Part shown: one piece after another, positions 1-10,976 of the stretch
How the letters are laid out: each line of letters starts with the position of its first letter
How positions within the stretch are numbered: position 1 is the first letter of the stretch
Program-made: the position numbers and the translations under genes
DNA from: Candidatus Desulfaltia bathyphila
Lineage (GTDB): Bacteria > Desulfobacterota > Desulfobacteria > Desulfobacterales > ETH-SRB1
Length of the DNA: 61,728 nt
Direction: 5' to 3'
Assembly: GCA_014381545.1 (NCBI GenBank)
Contig: JACNLL010000024.1
Span: 1-61,728 of the forward strand
Notes under the pieces: model-generated
The model's input: only the letters and a program-made list of their open reading frames with translations
Told to the model about the DNA's origin: nothing
Databases searched by the model: none

Positions 1-90
1 GCTACTTTACGCTGAAAATCTATCAGGCTTTCTACAACTAAATTGGAGAAGAACCAAATATAATAGCTTTCTGAAAAAGGAAATAAAACC

Positions 91-1116
91 ATGAATATAA
101 AATTTAATACAGTTCTTATCACAGGAACAGCCGGTTTTATCGGCTTTCACCTGGCTACGCGCCTTTTAGACAGCGGATATCATGTTACAGGTGTTGATAA
201 CTTAAACCCCTATTATGATGTCAGGCTCAAGGAGGATCGCCTCGCAATACTGGCGCCCCATGAGAATTTTGAGTTACACAGAATTGATCTCTCAGATAAA
301 AAGGGGCTTGAAAAGATATTCAACAATACCTCTTTTGATGTTGTCGTGAACCTGGCAGCCCAGGCAGGCGTGAGATATTCATTAACAAATCCTAATGCCT
401 ATGTTGATTCAAACATTACCGGATTTGTCAATATCCTTGAATGCTGCAGACACCATCACGTCAGGCATTTAGTGTTTGCTTCATCAAGTTCTGTATATGG
501 CGCAAACACAAAAATGCCTTTTTCGGTTCATGACAATGTTGATCATCCTGTTTCTCTTTATGCTGCTTCTAAAAAGTCAAACGAACTCATGGCGCATACA
601 TACAGCCATTTGTTTCAGCTTCCGTGCACAGGCTTGAGGTTTTTCACGGTATATGGCCCATGGGGCAGGCCTGATATGGCGCTTTTTCTCTTTACAAAGG
701 CAATACTTGCAGGAAAACCGATCAAGGTATTTAATCACGGAAAGATGAAAAGGGATTTTACGTATATCGATGATATAGTAGAAGGGGTCGTAAGGGTAAT
801 GGACAGACTGCCAAAACCAAATCAGGAATGGAGCGGGGATGCTCCTGATCCAGGGTCATCATACGCCCCGTATAAGCTCTATAATATCGGCAACAATAAT
901 CCTGTGGAACTTATGGAGTTTATAGCGGTAATTGAAAAGGCCCTGGGCAAAAAAGCAAAAAAGAAGTTTCTTGGCCTACAGCCCGGCGATGTCCCGGCAA
1001 CTTATGCAGATATTGATGATTTGATAAAAGATGTCGGCTTTAAACCCGTCACCACTATAGAAACAGGCATTACCCGTTTCCTTTCATGGTATAAAGATTA
1101 CTACGGCCATAAGTAA
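91..1116 (+). CDS. NAD-dependent epimerase, UDP-glucuronate 4-epimerase family
   Basis: GTAGFIG Rossmann motif, [16 protein letters not shown] (YxxxK), [16 protein letters not shown]. Confidence 0.92.
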   Translation: MNIKFNTVLITGTAGFIGFHLATRLLDSGYHVTGVDNLNPYYDVRLKEDRLAILAPHENFELHRIDLSDKKGLEKIFNNTSFDVVVNLAAQAGVRYSLTNPNAYVDSNITGFVNILECCRHHHVRHLVFASSSSVYGANTKMPFSVHDNVDHPVSLYAASKKSNELMAHTYSHLFQLPCTGLRFFTVYGPWGRPDMALFLFTKAILAGKPIKVFNHGKMKRDFTYIDDIVEGVVRVMDRLPKPNQEWSGDAPDPGSSYAPYKLYNIGNNNPVELMEFIAVIEKALGKKAKKKFLGLQPGDVPATYADIDDLIKDVGFKPVTTIETGITRFLSWYKDYYGHK

Positions 1117-1121
1117 AAAAG

Positions 1122-2642
1122 ATGAACAAACATAATATTACAGCTAAGATAGAGGATCTGCGGTCCCGACTTTATGACCTACTCGAAAAGGCTCCTGCTG
1201 AAGCAATTGCTGCCGCCCGCAATCTGAGCCAAACAGATATATTGGATAAGGTGGTAATTGACGGGTTAAAGGCTTGCGTTCTGGTTGATGCCGGAAAGGC
1301 AAACAATGATAAGGAGGCTATAGAAGAGGGGGTTAATATACTTCGCAGGATACTTCACGACTATCCGGAACGGCTTGATATCAGGTATAATCTGGCCAAT
1401 GGTCTCTTCGGCCTTTCAGAAATGCAAAACAGTTCTGATAGCAACTGGCATCTCGCTACCTGGGAAATGCGCAGAGAAGCCCGCTGGCTTTATGAATTTA
1501 CCGCAAGAAATTCAAAAGATTCTAAACTGGCAACGCAGGCTATGACAAATATTGGAAATCTACTTTGGCGTTCCTATCGTTGGGTTGAGGCTTATGATTC
1601 TTATATAGAGGCGCTAAAGTATGATTCATCAAACGGCATTGCCGCTGCGCGAGCCGCACAATTGCTTCTTTACTATGCTGATATCGGCATTGGGGATCCT
1701 GAAATTCTGAGAAGTATTGCCGCACGTCATATACTGATATTTAAAGATTCGCCCGAAAGTATACTAAAATATGGTGGAAAGCATGCACTTGAGTCGTTTT
1801 CAAAACTTCTTGAAACAAAGCCTGCTAAAATTAGAGATTGGGATTTGAAAGCTTTAAGCCCATATGAAAGATTCGTAGCAGAGAACAGGTTGGCTCTTTC
1901 AGCCACAATTGAAGGGCTCGACAAGTCAATTTCACGCTGGGATTCGCTGATAATCGGCAGTATAACCGAACCTGCATCTAAGGGGCCGGGCGTTCCGCCT
2001 GTTTTCGCAATGTTTAACACAATGAAGGCGGATTATCTGCTGGCGCGCTGGCTTGCTTATTATGCTTTTGAATGTAAACTTCCCGAAAGCGGTTTTTACT
2101 CCGATACTTTAGACAATGCACATTACGGCATGGATTCGTCATTGATAACAGTGGCGCAAAGATCCTGTTTTGACATTCTGGACAAGGTAGCGGTTGCTAC
2201 CGGCGAATATCTTGGCATTAAAGGTTCGGCCAGAGCAGTAAACTTTATCAACCAGTGGCGAATAAAAAGAAAAAACGTGAAGCAAATGGAATGGCAGCCG
2301 GAGATAGCTTATGAGATTAAAAACGGTAACCGGGCGGTCATTGCGCTGGCTGAACTATCAGATGATCTCGGTAAAAAGGGTTATCTGAAAGTCAAGAAAT
2401 CTCTCAGAAATGCAGCCACTCATCGTTTTATCGTACTGCATAAATCAGAGATAGGAAATGGCCGTAAGAATAAACATATTGTTCATTATACCGTAGGCAC
2501 AATTCGCAATGAATTAATTTCCACGTTAAAAACAGTGCGTTCCGCACTTTTTTATTTAGTTGAGATGATAGCGATACATGAGACTTTATTAAAAAGTGAA
2601 AGCAATTCGGTTTTGCCTATGGATGTTCCAATTTATCGTTAA
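1122..2642 (+). CDS. TPR-repeat protein with C-terminal LA2681-like HEPN domain (putative RNase)
   Basis: Helical TPR-like N-half (AMTNIGNLLWRSYRWVEAYDSYIEALKYD); C-terminal RxxxxH motif RNAATH at 2406-2423 followed by RFIVLH. Confidence 0.7.
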   Translation: MNKHNITAKIEDLRSRLYDLLEKAPAEAIAAARNLSQTDILDKVVIDGLKACVLVDAGKANNDKEAIEEGVNILRRILHDYPERLDIRYNLANGLFGLSEMQNSSDSNWHLATWEMRREARWLYEFTARNSKDSKLATQAMTNIGNLLWRSYRWVEAYDSYIEALKYDSSNGIAAARAAQLLLYYADIGIGDPEILRSIAARHILIFKDSPESILKYGGKHALESFSKLLETKPAKIRDWDLKALSPYERFVAENRLALSATIEGLDKSISRWDSLIIGSITEPASKGPGVPPVFAMFNTMKADYLLARWLAYYAFECKLPESGFYSDTLDNAHYGMDSSLITVAQRSCFDILDKVAVATGEYLGIKGSARAVNFINQWRIKRKNVKQMEWQPEIAYEIKNGNRAVIALAELSDDLGKKGYLKVKKSLRNAATHRFIVLHKSEIGNGRKNKHIVHYTVGTIRNELISTLKTVRSALFYLVEMIAIHETLLKSESNSVLPMDVPIYR

Positions 2643-2691
2643 TATCTAAAACACACGAAACCATAAAATCAAATGAGCATGATAAGATAAA

Positions 2692-3282
2692 ATGCAAGGA
2701 AGATTTTGGATAATAGTAAAAGTACTGGTAATGATATTGCTTCTTATGCCTGTAACAGCCCATACCTTTGAACGATATAACAGGGTAGTAAAATATGACA
2801 AGTACTTTTCAAAGTATTCAAAGAGATATTTTGGCCCTGGTTTTGACTGGCATTATTTCAAGGCTCAGGCAGTAGCTGAATCAAGGTTGCAGGCAGATGC
2901 CAGATCAAGAGTGGGAGCAGAGGGTGTTATGCAGATAATGCCAAGAACCTTTGAAGAAATTACAAGGAAAAATCCAAGCATCAAGGGCACAAGAAAACAG
3001 CCCCGCTGGAATATCGCAGCGGGTATTTATTACAATAGAATGATATGGAATTTATGGAAGGCGGAACGCCCATATATGGATCGGATAAATTTCATGTTTG
3101 GGTCTTACAATGCCGGCAAGGGAAATATTATTAAAGCCCAAAAAATAGCAAAGAATAAGGGACTTAATCCCAACATGTGGGAATCCATACAATCAACTTT
3201 GCCTGATGTTACAGGCAAAAACAGTAAAGAAACCATCGGTTACGTTAATAAAATCGGTAAAATAAAGGGGGTGTTAAAGTAA
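2692..3282 (+). CDS. Lytic transglycosylase, SLT domain, exported
   Basis: Signal peptide; KAQAVAES catalytic Glu, GVMQIMP, SYNAG motifs. Confidence 0.88.
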   Translation: MQGRFWIIVKVLVMILLLMPVTAHTFERYNRVVKYDKYFSKYSKRYFGPGFDWHYFKAQAVAESRLQADARSRVGAEGVMQIMPRTFEEITRKNPSIKGTRKQPRWNIAAGIYYNRMIWNLWKAERPYMDRINFMFGSYNAGKGNIIKAQKIAKNKGLNPNMWESIQSTLPDVTGKNSKETIGYVNKIGKIKGVLK

Positions 3283-3506
3283 TGGAAATCTCAATTACAT
3301 TACTGAACCTTGGTTATGCAATAGTTGGAGTTTTATTGACCCTGGTATTTATGATGATTGGTTATAAAATGTTTGACAGGATGACCCCGTTTAATACATC
3401 AAAACAGTTAGCAGAGAAGAATGTTGCAGTTGGAATCGTAGTCGGTTCAATATTTATAGGCCTTGGAATTGCCGTCGGTCTGGTCATCGGCATGGCTCTA
3501 AACTAA
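3282..3506 (+). CDS. DUF350-family small membrane protein
   Basis: Two TM helices, FDRMTPF...L...N.AVGIV pattern; start overlaps upstream stop. Confidence 0.75.
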   Translation: MEISITLLNLGYAIVGVLLTLVFMMIGYKMFDRMTPFNTSKQLAEKNVAVGIVVGSIFIGLGIAVGLVIGMALN

Positions 3507-3591
3507 TTTTTCTCATTTATCATGTCTTGGTAATGAGTATTGGAGCAACCAGACCGCAAACAGCTTGGTCTCAACGCAGGAGGTGAAACAA

Positions 3592-3954
3592 ATGAGTAGT
3601 TGGATCGAAGTCGGCAAGACTGGTGAGCTTGCCAAAGGAGCCATGAAAGAAGTCCTAATCAAAGGACAAGAGATACTTCTGGTCAAGGTTGGCGATAATT
3701 ACTACGCTTCCGACAACCGCTGCCCACACATGGGAGGAAAGCTATCACGTGGCCGGCTTGATAGCGCCGTGGTGACCTGCCCGCGGCATGGTTCTCAATT
3801 TGATGTTACTGATGGAAACGTAGTCCAATGGCTAAAAGGAACTGGATTCTTCACAACCCTGGGGAAAATGCTCAAATCGCCAAGGCCGGTTCGCACCTAC
3901 CCGGTCAAGCTGAAAGACAACCGGATCATGGTGCAGATTCCGGATAGAACGTAG
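3592..3954 (+). CDS. Rieske [2Fe-2S] ferredoxin
   Basis: CPHMGG and CPRHGS motifs; ATG 3592 preceded by AGGAGG (ORF track starts at 3565). Confidence 0.88.
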   Translation: MSSWIEVGKTGELAKGAMKEVLIKGQEILLVKVGDNYYASDNRCPHMGGKLSRGRLDSAVVTCPRHGSQFDVTDGNVVQWLKGTGFFTTLGKMLKSPRPVRTYPVKLKDNRIMVQIPDRT

Positions 3955-4001
3955 AGAGTTACCGTGCCTTTTTGATAAAAAGGCCTTTTACAAAGAAAAC
4001 G

Positions 4002-4087
4002 TGGTGCCGAAGGCCGGACTTGAACCGGCACGGGTTACCCCACTGCCCCCTCAAGACAGCGTGTCTACCAAATTCCACCACTTCGGC
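4002..4087 (-). tRNA. tRNA-Leu(GAG)
   Basis: Minus strand GCCGAAG...CTTCGGC-A-CCA acceptor stem, anticodon arm CTGTC-TTGAGGG-GGCAG, long variable arm, GGTTCAAGTCC T-arm; follows secG. Confidence 0.96.
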
Positions 4088-4146
4088 ATTTTGAAAATTC
4101 TGAAAAAAGTAAAAATTTATTTAGCGGGTTTTGCCGGAAGCGAGCC

Positions 4147-4473
4147 CTATGGCTTGAATGGAGCGCTTTTTTCAGGTGCAACTGGCGCTGACTGTTTCTC
4201 TGCCGGCGCCTTTTGTTCCATCACAACAGAATCGCCGATTCTATGAGAAGATATATATGCAAGCCCCAGCGATGTTAGCATAAACACAATTACCGCAACT
4301 GTTGTCGCCTTGGTCAGGAAGGTTGATGCGCCTGTGCCGCCGAAAAGGGTCTGGCTGGAACCCCCTCCAAAAGCGGCGCCCATATCCGCCCCCTTTCCGG
4401 TCTGCAGCAAAACAATCATAACAAGGGCTATACATACTATAACGTGTATTATTATCAATATTGTTGTAATCAT
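4147..4473 (-). CDS. secG: Preprotein translocase subunit SecG
   Basis: LLQTGKGADMGAAFGGGSSQTLFG motif, two TM helices. Confidence 0.96.
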   Translation of the reverse strand: MITTILIIIHVIVCIALVMIVLLQTGKGADMGAAFGGGSSQTLFGGTGASTFLTKATTVAVIVFMLTSLGLAYISSHRIGDSVVMEQKAPAEKQSAPVAPEKSAPFKP

Positions 4474-4708
4474 AATTTTATATTTAAATCTGAAATCGAG
4501 CTTTGGGTGTGATCAGATTTAAAACAGGAAACTGTTTGAAGGAATTAGAAATCGTTAAGAAAGAACCTGGTATAAAATGCCATTTTTGCCTGACTCTTTG
4601 GTTAAGCTACCACTATTTCTTTATATTTATGGCTGGTTCTTTCTTTATGATTTCTTATTCGTGAGTTTTTCCTGGTTTAAATTTGATTATACCTGAAGCA
4701 CATTTATT

Positions 4709-4785
4709 TTGAAGAGTTCCCTGCAGTAAACTGCATGGAATCTTCGACCGTAAGGAACTTTCCCATTTTTATAATTGCGGTTCAA
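4709..4785. repeat. TTGAA...TTCAA miniature repeat family, copy A (intermediate form)
   Basis: TTGAAGAGTTCCCTGCAGTAAACTGCATGGAATCTTCGACCGTAAGG...TTGCGGTTCAA; matches copies at 30343, 33006, 35390, 43681; its end overlaps the tpiA stop. Confidence 0.8.
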
Positions 4786-5558
4786 AAACCTAAAACTATT
4801 TTGCTGAATGTCTCTGCATTTAGACTTGCGCCTCCTACAAGTGCGCCGTCAACATCGGGCATTAACATAAGCTCTTTTATATTATCCGGTTTGACGCTGC
4901 CTCCATACAATATGCTTACGGAATTGGCAAGATTATTGCCGAATTTTTTTTCGATCAATGAGCGTAAATACTGATGAACTGCCTGAGCCTGCTCGTTTGT
5001 CGCTGTTTTTCCTGTCCCGATGGCCCAGACAGGCTCATAAGCTATAATCAGTGTCTCAAGATCACTTGGAATCAAATCTTCTAATCCCTTTGCAATCTGT
5101 TTGTCAAGAACGGAAAATGTATGGTTTGACTCGCGCTCCTTTTCAGATTCTCCCACACATACAATAGGTGTTAAATTATCTTTAATCGCTGCCTTTATTT
5201 TTTTGTTAACTGTTATATCGGTTTCTCCAAAATATTGACGCCGCTCAGAATGACCTATTATAACATAACTGCATCCGGCTGATACGAGCATGGCCGATGA
5301 TATTTCACCTGTATAGGCCCCTTCGGGTTCCCAGAAAAGATTCTGGGCGCCAAGCGCAACACAAGTTCCTTTCACAACATCCGAAACAGGCATAAGAGAC
5401 GTAAACGTAGGGGCAATCATAACATCAATTGTTGTATTATCAGCTATTAGTTTAACAAGGTGCTGTGCTGTTTCCACAGCCTCCTGGCAGGTTTTAAACA
5501 TTTTCCAGTTGCCGGCAATCAGTGGTTTTCGACGCTTCATATTCGATCTCAACATCAC
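4782..5558 (-). CDS. tpiA: Triosephosphate isomerase
   Basis: IAGNWKM, IIGHSERR, AYEPVWAIGTG, YGGSV motifs; true start probably 5555 or 5540. Confidence 0.97.
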   Translation of the reverse strand: MMLRSNMKRRKPLIAGNWKMFKTCQEAVETAQHLVKLIADNTTIDVMIAPTFTSLMPVSDVVKGTCVALGAQNLFWEPEGAYTGEISSAMLVSAGCSYVIIGHSERRQYFGETDITVNKKIKAAIKDNLTPIVCVGESEKERESNHTFSVLDKQIAKGLEDLIPSDLETLIIAYEPVWAIGTGKTATNEQAQAVHQYLRSLIEKKFGNNLANSVSILYGGSVKPDNIKELMLMPDVDGALVGGASLNAETFSKIVLGF

Positions 5559-6559
5559 AGCTGCCCCCCTATCATGGCGGCAAGATCGACCATCCTGTTT
5601 GAGTAGCCCGCTTCATTGTCGTACCAGGAAAGCACCTTTACCATGTTATCGACAACATATGTAGTCGGCGCATCAACAATGGAGGATAGCGGCGATCCAT
5701 TGTAGTCGATTGATACCAGCGGAAGTTCGCTATACCCCAATATTCCGGAAAGGGCTCCTTCTGCGGCTGTTTTAAGGGCCTGGTTAACATCAGAAACAGT
5801 AACTCCGGACTTTTCCACTGTTACCACCAAATCAACGATCGACACATTCGGCGTTGGAACGCGGATCGCAAGCCCGTTGAGCTTTCCTGACAATTCCGGA
5901 AGCACAAGAGCAACCGCCTTTGCTGCGCCTGTTGTCGTCGGAATCATTGACAGAGCTGCGGCTCGTGCTCTGCGCAGGTCTTTGTGAGGAAAATCAAGGA
6001 GACGCTGATCTCCTGTGTAAGAATGTATGGTAGTCATCAGCCCGCTTCTGATACCAAAATTTTCTAAAAGCACTTTGGCAACAGGCGCAAGACAGTTTGT
6101 GGTACAGGAGGCATTTGATATAATGTGATGTTGCGCGGGATTATACTGATTTGAGTTAACACCCATGACGATTGTAATATCGGGATCTTTGGCAGGGGCG
6201 GATATAATAACCTTTCGGGCCCCTGCAGCAAGATGCTTTAACGCGCTTTCGGAATCCCTGAAAAGCCCGGTACATTCAGCGACAATATCAACCCCAAAGT
6301 CTCTCCAGACAAGATTGGCAGGGTCCTTTATGGATGTAATGCCAACAGATTTTCCTGCTACTTCAATTGAATCGTCCCTGGCTGTAACTTCAACGCCAAG
6401 TTTACCATGTACAGAATCATAGGCAAGAAGATAGGCCATTGTGGCTGAATCTGTAAGATCATTAATTGCCACGACCTCAACTTCCGGATGATTAATAGCG
6501 GCTCTGAAAATAAGACGTCCTATTCTTCCAAAACCGTTGATGCCTATTTTTATGCTCAT
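5555..6559 (-). CDS. gap: Glyceraldehyde-3-phosphate dehydrogenase type I
   Basis: GINGFGRIGR, SNASCTTNCL, WYDNE motifs. Confidence 0.97.
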   Translation of the reverse strand: MSIKIGINGFGRIGRLIFRAAINHPEVEVVAINDLTDSATMAYLLAYDSVHGKLGVEVTARDDSIEVAGKSVGITSIKDPANLVWRDFGVDIVAECTGLFRDSESALKHLAAGARKVIISAPAKDPDITIVMGVNSNQYNPAQHHIISNASCTTNCLAPVAKVLLENFGIRSGLMTTIHSYTGDQRLLDFPHKDLRRARAAALSMIPTTTGAAKAVALVLPELSGKLNGLAIRVPTPNVSIVDLVVTVEKSGVTVSDVNQALKTAAEGALSGILGYSELPLVSIDYNGSPLSSIVDAPTTYVVDNMVKVLSWYDNEAGYSNRMVDLAAMIGGQL

Positions 6560-6586
6560 AATGCCTCCTTATTTTAACACATCAAA

Positions 6587-7000
6587 CTATTTGCGTTTGT
6601 TTCCTTTCAAAACACCACTTGCAAGGGAAATGCTCTTCTTCCCAAAAGCTTCCAGGCTTTGTCCGAGGTTGCTAATCTCAGTGTTTTTTCGAGCCTTAAC
6701 CGCTTTTAATAAAATCGGGAGGTTAACACCAGATAAAACCTCTATCCTTCCTTCTTCAAGAAATGAATAGCTTAGATTGGAAGGGGTTCCACCAAACATA
6801 TCGGTTAAAACAAGCACCCCTTCTTTTGTTTTTACCCTGTTTATCGCTTCGGCAATTTTCAAGCGAAGCATATCTGCTTTTTCATTCAAATCTATGGAGA
6901 CCGACTCCATAGCTTCCGGCCTGCCGCCAAGAATGAATTCAGCGGCATCAATTAATGAATCCCCAAGCTGTCTGTGCGTAACAATAACTATGCCTATCAT
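6587..7000 (-). CDS. PTS IIA component, mannose/fructose family
   Basis: IVIVTH, LTDMFGGTPSN, GVNLP motifs. Confidence 0.9.
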   Translation of the reverse strand: MIGIVIVTHRQLGDSLIDAAEFILGGRPEAMESVSIDLNEKADMLRLKIAEAINRVKTKEGVLVLTDMFGGTPSNLSYSFLEEGRIEVLSGVNLPILLKAVKARKNTEISNLGQSLEAFGKKSISLASGVLKGNKRK

Positions 7001-7039
7001 AAAACCCCTTATTAATGGTGATGAATCCGTAAAAAGTGT

Positions 7040-7498
7040 TTAAAACCTGTCATCTTCCTCCTTTATGATGGAAAGGATTTCCTCGCTGCCGGTAGCCCCC
7101 AGCAGTTTTTCCTTAAAAAGATCATTTTTAAGAATCTTGGAAATCCTGGCAAGCAATTTCAAATGAAGGCCCGTGGAATTTTCCGGTGTAACCAGAAGAA
7201 AAAAGATGTGGGTGGGCTTGCCGTCCATAGATTCAAAGTCAACCCCTTTTCGGCTAAGACCAAAACCAAGCACCAGTGATTTCAGGCTCTTTAGTTTGCC
7301 GTGTGGAATACCGATTCCTCCGCCTATTCCGGTGCTGCCTAATCGTTCCCTCTCAAGGAGTACTCGCATAATTTCTTCATGCTTTACGCCGGCAATACGG
7401 GCCGCAGGCCTGACAAGTTCTTCAAGCACCCCCTTCTTGTCATCCGATTTAAGCTCAACAAGAATTGCTTCTTTATCTAAAACGTCAAGAATTTTCAT
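7040..7498 (-). CDS. ptsN: PTS IIA-Ntr-like protein
   Basis: ERERLGSTGIG.GIGIPHGK motif; rpoN operon position. Confidence 0.88.
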   Translation of the reverse strand: MKILDVLDKEAILVELKSDDKKGVLEELVRPAARIAGVKHEEIMRVLLERERLGSTGIGGGIGIPHGKLKSLKSLVLGFGLSRKGVDFESMDGKPTHIFFLLVTPENSTGLHLKLLARISKILKNDLFKEKLLGATGSEEILSIIKEEDDRF

Positions 7499-7568
7499 TT
7501 AATATTCACCAAAAATTTTATTATTCCCTCAATTGAGCAAAAAGTCCAATTGATAGTTTCAGGAATAT

Positions 7569-8108
7569 TTACTTGCCTGTGCCGGGCTGAATCAAACCGT
7601 AGTGGCCATCCTTGCGGCCGTAAAGAACATTAACCTGATTAGTCCTGGCATTTGTAAATACAAGAAAATCACTGTTTATAAGATCCATCTGCATTATAGC
7701 TTCTTCTATATCCATTGGTTTATATTCGATATTTTTAATCCTGACATCTCTTTCAACATTTACATCGCGATGAACAATGTCTTCAACAAAAGCGCCTTTT
7801 ACTCTGGCTTTTGAACCGCCTCTATAACCTCTGTTTTTTTGCCTGTTTTTCTTTATCTGTTTTTCAAGCTTATCCAGAACCATATCAATAGCCGAATACA
7901 TGTCGCCTGTTTCTTCTTTGCCGTTTACATTTAGTCTGTCGCCAATAATATTGATTTCCGCTATATGACGAAACTTTTCAACCGAAAGAACAACCTTTGC
8001 TTCTGCCGGATTGTACAAGTATTTATCAAACCGGTTAAGTTTTTCTTGAACATATGATTTTAAATTTTCAGAAGAATCCAGATTTTTAAAAGTTACAGAT
8101 GTCTGCAT
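7569..8108 (-). CDS. hpf: Ribosome hibernation promoting factor (long HPF)
   Basis: DMYSAID..LDKLEKQIKK and C-terminal KPM..EEA..QM domain; downstream of rpoN. Confidence 0.93.
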   Translation of the reverse strand: MQTSVTFKNLDSSENLKSYVQEKLNRFDKYLYNPAEAKVVLSVEKFRHIAEINIIGDRLNVNGKEETGDMYSAIDMVLDKLEKQIKKNRQKNRGYRGGSKARVKGAFVEDIVHRDVNVERDVRIKNIEYKPMDIEEAIMQMDLINSDFLVFTNARTNQVNVLYGRKDGHYGLIQPGTGK

Positions 8109-8193
8109 GCTAAAAGAACCTCCTTGATTATAGTCAAATTACCACCCTCAGAGAAGGCGGCTTGCTTTTTTGGTCATGGAAGGCACCTAAGTT

Positions 8194-9648
8194 TTACCCA
8201 TAGTATTGTTTACGTTTGTTTGATGGCAGCGCTTTTAGCCTTTCCCGATACTTGGCTACTGTCCTCCTGGCAATATCAATATTCAGCCGCTTCAAAAGTT
8301 TCGAGATTTTATCATCGCTGTAAGGTTTTCTGGGATTTTCACCAGCAATAATCTGCTTTATCTTTTCCTGAACGCTGACAGAGGCTATTGCCTCACCATC
8401 TATTCGATTAATAGAACTATTAAAAAAATATTTCAATTCAAAAATACCCTGGGGAGTATGAGCATACTTGTTTGTTGTAACCCTGCTGATTGTTGATTCG
8501 TGCATGCCTATATCCTGAGCGACATCCCTTAGCACCATCGGCTTTAAGTATGCTACTCCCTTTTCAAAAAAGTCTTGCTGGAATTTCAATATGCTTTCCA
8601 TAACCCTGTAGATGGTCTTCTGGCGCTGATAAATGCTTTTGATTAACCATGTTGCTGAACGCATTTTCTCTTGCATATAGTTCTTTGCACTGCCGGAAAT
8701 CTTTTCTCCACGTTTTATTGCATTTTTATAAAAAGAACTGACTCGGAGCTTTGGCATTCCTTCATCATTTATCATTATCACAAACTCATTTTCCGATTTA
8801 TAAACAAAAATGTCAGGGATGATATATTGAGGCTCTTCATCGGAAAATTGCCGTCCGGGTCTTGGCTCCAGCGCTTTAATAACATTTACAGCAGAAAGAA
8901 TCTCTTCAATGCTTACTTTTAATGCTCTTGATAGGGCTTTATAATTTTTATTTTCAAGATGCTTGAGATGGTTATTGATAATATCGGTTACTACAGTATT
9001 ATTAAGCCCTAAATGCCTTGCCTGAATGAGGAGACATTCGCCGAGATCTCTGGCGCATACTCCGATCGGGTCAAAAGTCTGCATTAATAACAAAATGTTA
9101 TTTACTTTTTCGGTTGTTGAGTTGCTTGATGCAACAAGCTCTTCGACAGAAACCTTTAGATACCCGTCTTTATCCATATTGCCAATAATTAAGCTTCCAA
9201 TCCTTTGTTGCTCCTTTGCCTGAAATGTCATAAGCAGCTGCCAGAGAAGGTGTTCATTCAAAGATTCTTTGCGCGCTACAAAGGATTCGAAATTTAGCGC
9301 AGTTTTCTTTTCGGTTTCAAAATGGATTCTGCCGGACGAATTGTATTCATCAAGATAATTGCTCCAGTCAATATTATCATTAATTTTTTCTTCTATTGTA
9401 ACCTCTTTGATCGGTTTTTCAGCCGCCACAGCTTCAGATTGCTCCACAGACTGTTCTTCAGCAGCAACATCCGTCACCTCTTCCAGCCCTGGATTTTCCT
9501 CCAGTTCCTGTTGGATAGTATCCATAAGCTCCAGACGGGATAGCTGCAGAAGCTTAATAGCTATCTGGAGCTGCGGTGTCATGATAAGCTGCTGGGACAA
9601 TTTTAGCTGTTGTCGTAATTCAAGCATCGTTTTATAACCTGAACTCAT
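8194..9648 (-). CDS. rpoN: RNA polymerase sigma-54 factor
   Basis: QQL.MTPQLQ.AI.LLQL N-terminus, [19 protein letters not shown] RpoN box; likely start 9627. Confidence 0.97.
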   Translation of the reverse strand: MSSGYKTMLELRQQLKLSQQLIMTPQLQIAIKLLQLSRLELMDTIQQELEENPGLEEVTDVAAEEQSVEQSEAVAAEKPIKEVTIEEKINDNIDWSNYLDEYNSSGRIHFETEKKTALNFESFVARKESLNEHLLWQLLMTFQAKEQQRIGSLIIGNMDKDGYLKVSVEELVASSNSTTEKVNNILLLMQTFDPIGVCARDLGECLLIQARHLGLNNTVVTDIINNHLKHLENKNYKALSRALKVSIEEILSAVNVIKALEPRPGRQFSDEEPQYIIPDIFVYKSENEFVIMINDEGMPKLRVSSFYKNAIKRGEKISGSAKNYMQEKMRSATWLIKSIYQRQKTIYRVMESILKFQQDFFEKGVAYLKPMVLRDVAQDIGMHESTISRVTTNKYAHTPQGIFELKYFFNSSINRIDGEAIASVSVQEKIKQIIAGENPRKPYSDDKISKLLKRLNIDIARRTVAKYRERLKALPSNKRKQYYG

Positions 9649-10354
9649 CCCCTAAATATATGCGCCGGGCTATTTCACTGGAAGCTATTTTTTCCGGACT
9701 GCCCGATTCAATAACTTCTCCTGCATTTAATATATATGCCTTGCCGCAAACCTCAAGCGTTTCCCTGACATTATGATCGGATATCAAAATTCCAATTCCT
9801 CGTTTTTTAAGGTGTTCAATTATGTTTTTTATATCAATAACAGCCAGAGGATCAATACCTGCAAAAGGTTCGTCTAATAAAATAAATGACGGCTTGGCAG
9901 CTAATGCACGCGTAATTTCGAGCCGCCGTCGCTCTCCTCCTGAAAGCATATTAGCCTTTTGATCTGCAAGGTGCTTGATGCCCAGTTCGTCAAGAAGCAT
10001 GTTTGCGCGATAATTATGTTCCGACTTTGAGATAGACAGCGCTTCAAGAATCACTAAAATATTTTGTTTTACAGAGAGCTTTCTGAATATTGAAGGCTCC
10101 TGAGGAAGATATCCAACACCCTTGCGAGCCCTCATATACATGGGGTAATCGGTGATATCTTCATCGTCAATAAAAACCTTCCCTTCATCAGGCTTTATAA
10201 TTCCAACAGTCATATAAAAAGTAGTGGTTTTGCCGGCGCCGTTAGGACCAAGAAGGCCGACAACACTGCCGCTTTCAACATCCAGACTTACGCAGCTTAC
10301 CACCCGCTTTCCATTATAGATTTTAATCAATTTTTGAAGAGATAATTTTGTCAT
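9632..10354 (-). CDS. lptB: LPS export ABC transporter ATP-binding protein
   Basis: [28 protein letters not shown]. Confidence 0.95.
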   Translation of the reverse strand: MTKLSLQKLIKIYNGKRVVSCVSLDVESGSVVGLLGPNGAGKTTTFYMTVGIIKPDEGKVFIDDEDITDYPMYMRARKGVGYLPQEPSIFRKLSVKQNILVILEALSISKSEHNYRANMLLDELGIKHLADQKANMLSGGERRRLEITRALAAKPSFILLDEPFAGIDPLAVIDIKNIIEHLKKRGIGILISDHNVRETLEVCGKAYILNAGEVIESGSPEKIASSEIARRIYLGDEFRL

Positions 10355-10376
10355 GGTCTCGTTTATTGAGCTCGTG

Positions 10377-10976
10377 CTATTTCATATTATTATCTTTTGA
10401 ATAAAATACAGCTTCAACCCGTTTTTCTTTGCCGCCTTCAACTATCATGCGGTCATCAGATCTGTACATGGTTATTTTTTCGCCTGAAATAAAATTGTTT
10501 CCGCTTGTAACCTTCGAATTTGGACCTGTTAAAACAATAATCCCTGTTTCCGCCGTATAAACCGCCTGTTGTGCCATTGCGACCTTGTCATCGAATTTTA
10601 TTACTACATTGCCGTTTGCGACAATCTTTTCTATCATTTCCTCTCCGGCTGCCGGGTTCTCTTTTTTATCCACACCTTTTTTATAAAAAATCTTAAGCCT
10701 GTCGGCTGTAATAACATCGGTTTCCCTGATTGCTACAACATTTCCAATAAATTCAGCGGACATGGCTTCATTGTCGGCAACCAGCCTGTCTGATGTAATA
10801 TGAATTTTCTTGCTGTCTTTTTCCGGATTTGTTGCCGGATCCTCGGCATATGCAAAAAACACCTCAAAAACACATACAAACAACAAAATTGCAACACAGA
10901 CATAATAGGATGCTCGATAAGGTCTCATATTATAAAGTAATAATCTCACTAAAACTGCCCTTAATCCTTCCTTCAA
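10377..10976 (-). CDS. lptA: LPS transport periplasmic protein LptA
   Basis: OstA-like beta-jellyroll ([17 protein letters not shown]); between lptC and lptB; start uncertain (possibly 10928). Confidence 0.85.
   Translation of the reverse strand: MKEGLRAVLVRLLLYNMRPYRASYYVCVAILLFVCVFEVFFAYAEDPATNPEKDSKKIHITSDRLVADNEAMSAEFIGNVVAIRETDVITADRLKIFYKKGVDKKENPAAGEEMIEKIVANGNVVIKFDDKVAMAQQAVYTAETGIIVLTGPNSKVTSGNNFISGEKITMYRSDDRMIVEGGKEKRVEAVFYSKDNNMK

Noticed and set aside
4002-4030. tRNA-Leu 3' end as att site of an integrated element
   Set aside because: No duplicate of the tRNA 3' end and no integrase in the window
4782-6559. UGA stops of gap, tpiA and other genes as selenocysteine
   Set aside because: They fall at normal C-termini with no continuing homology or SECIS-like hairpin
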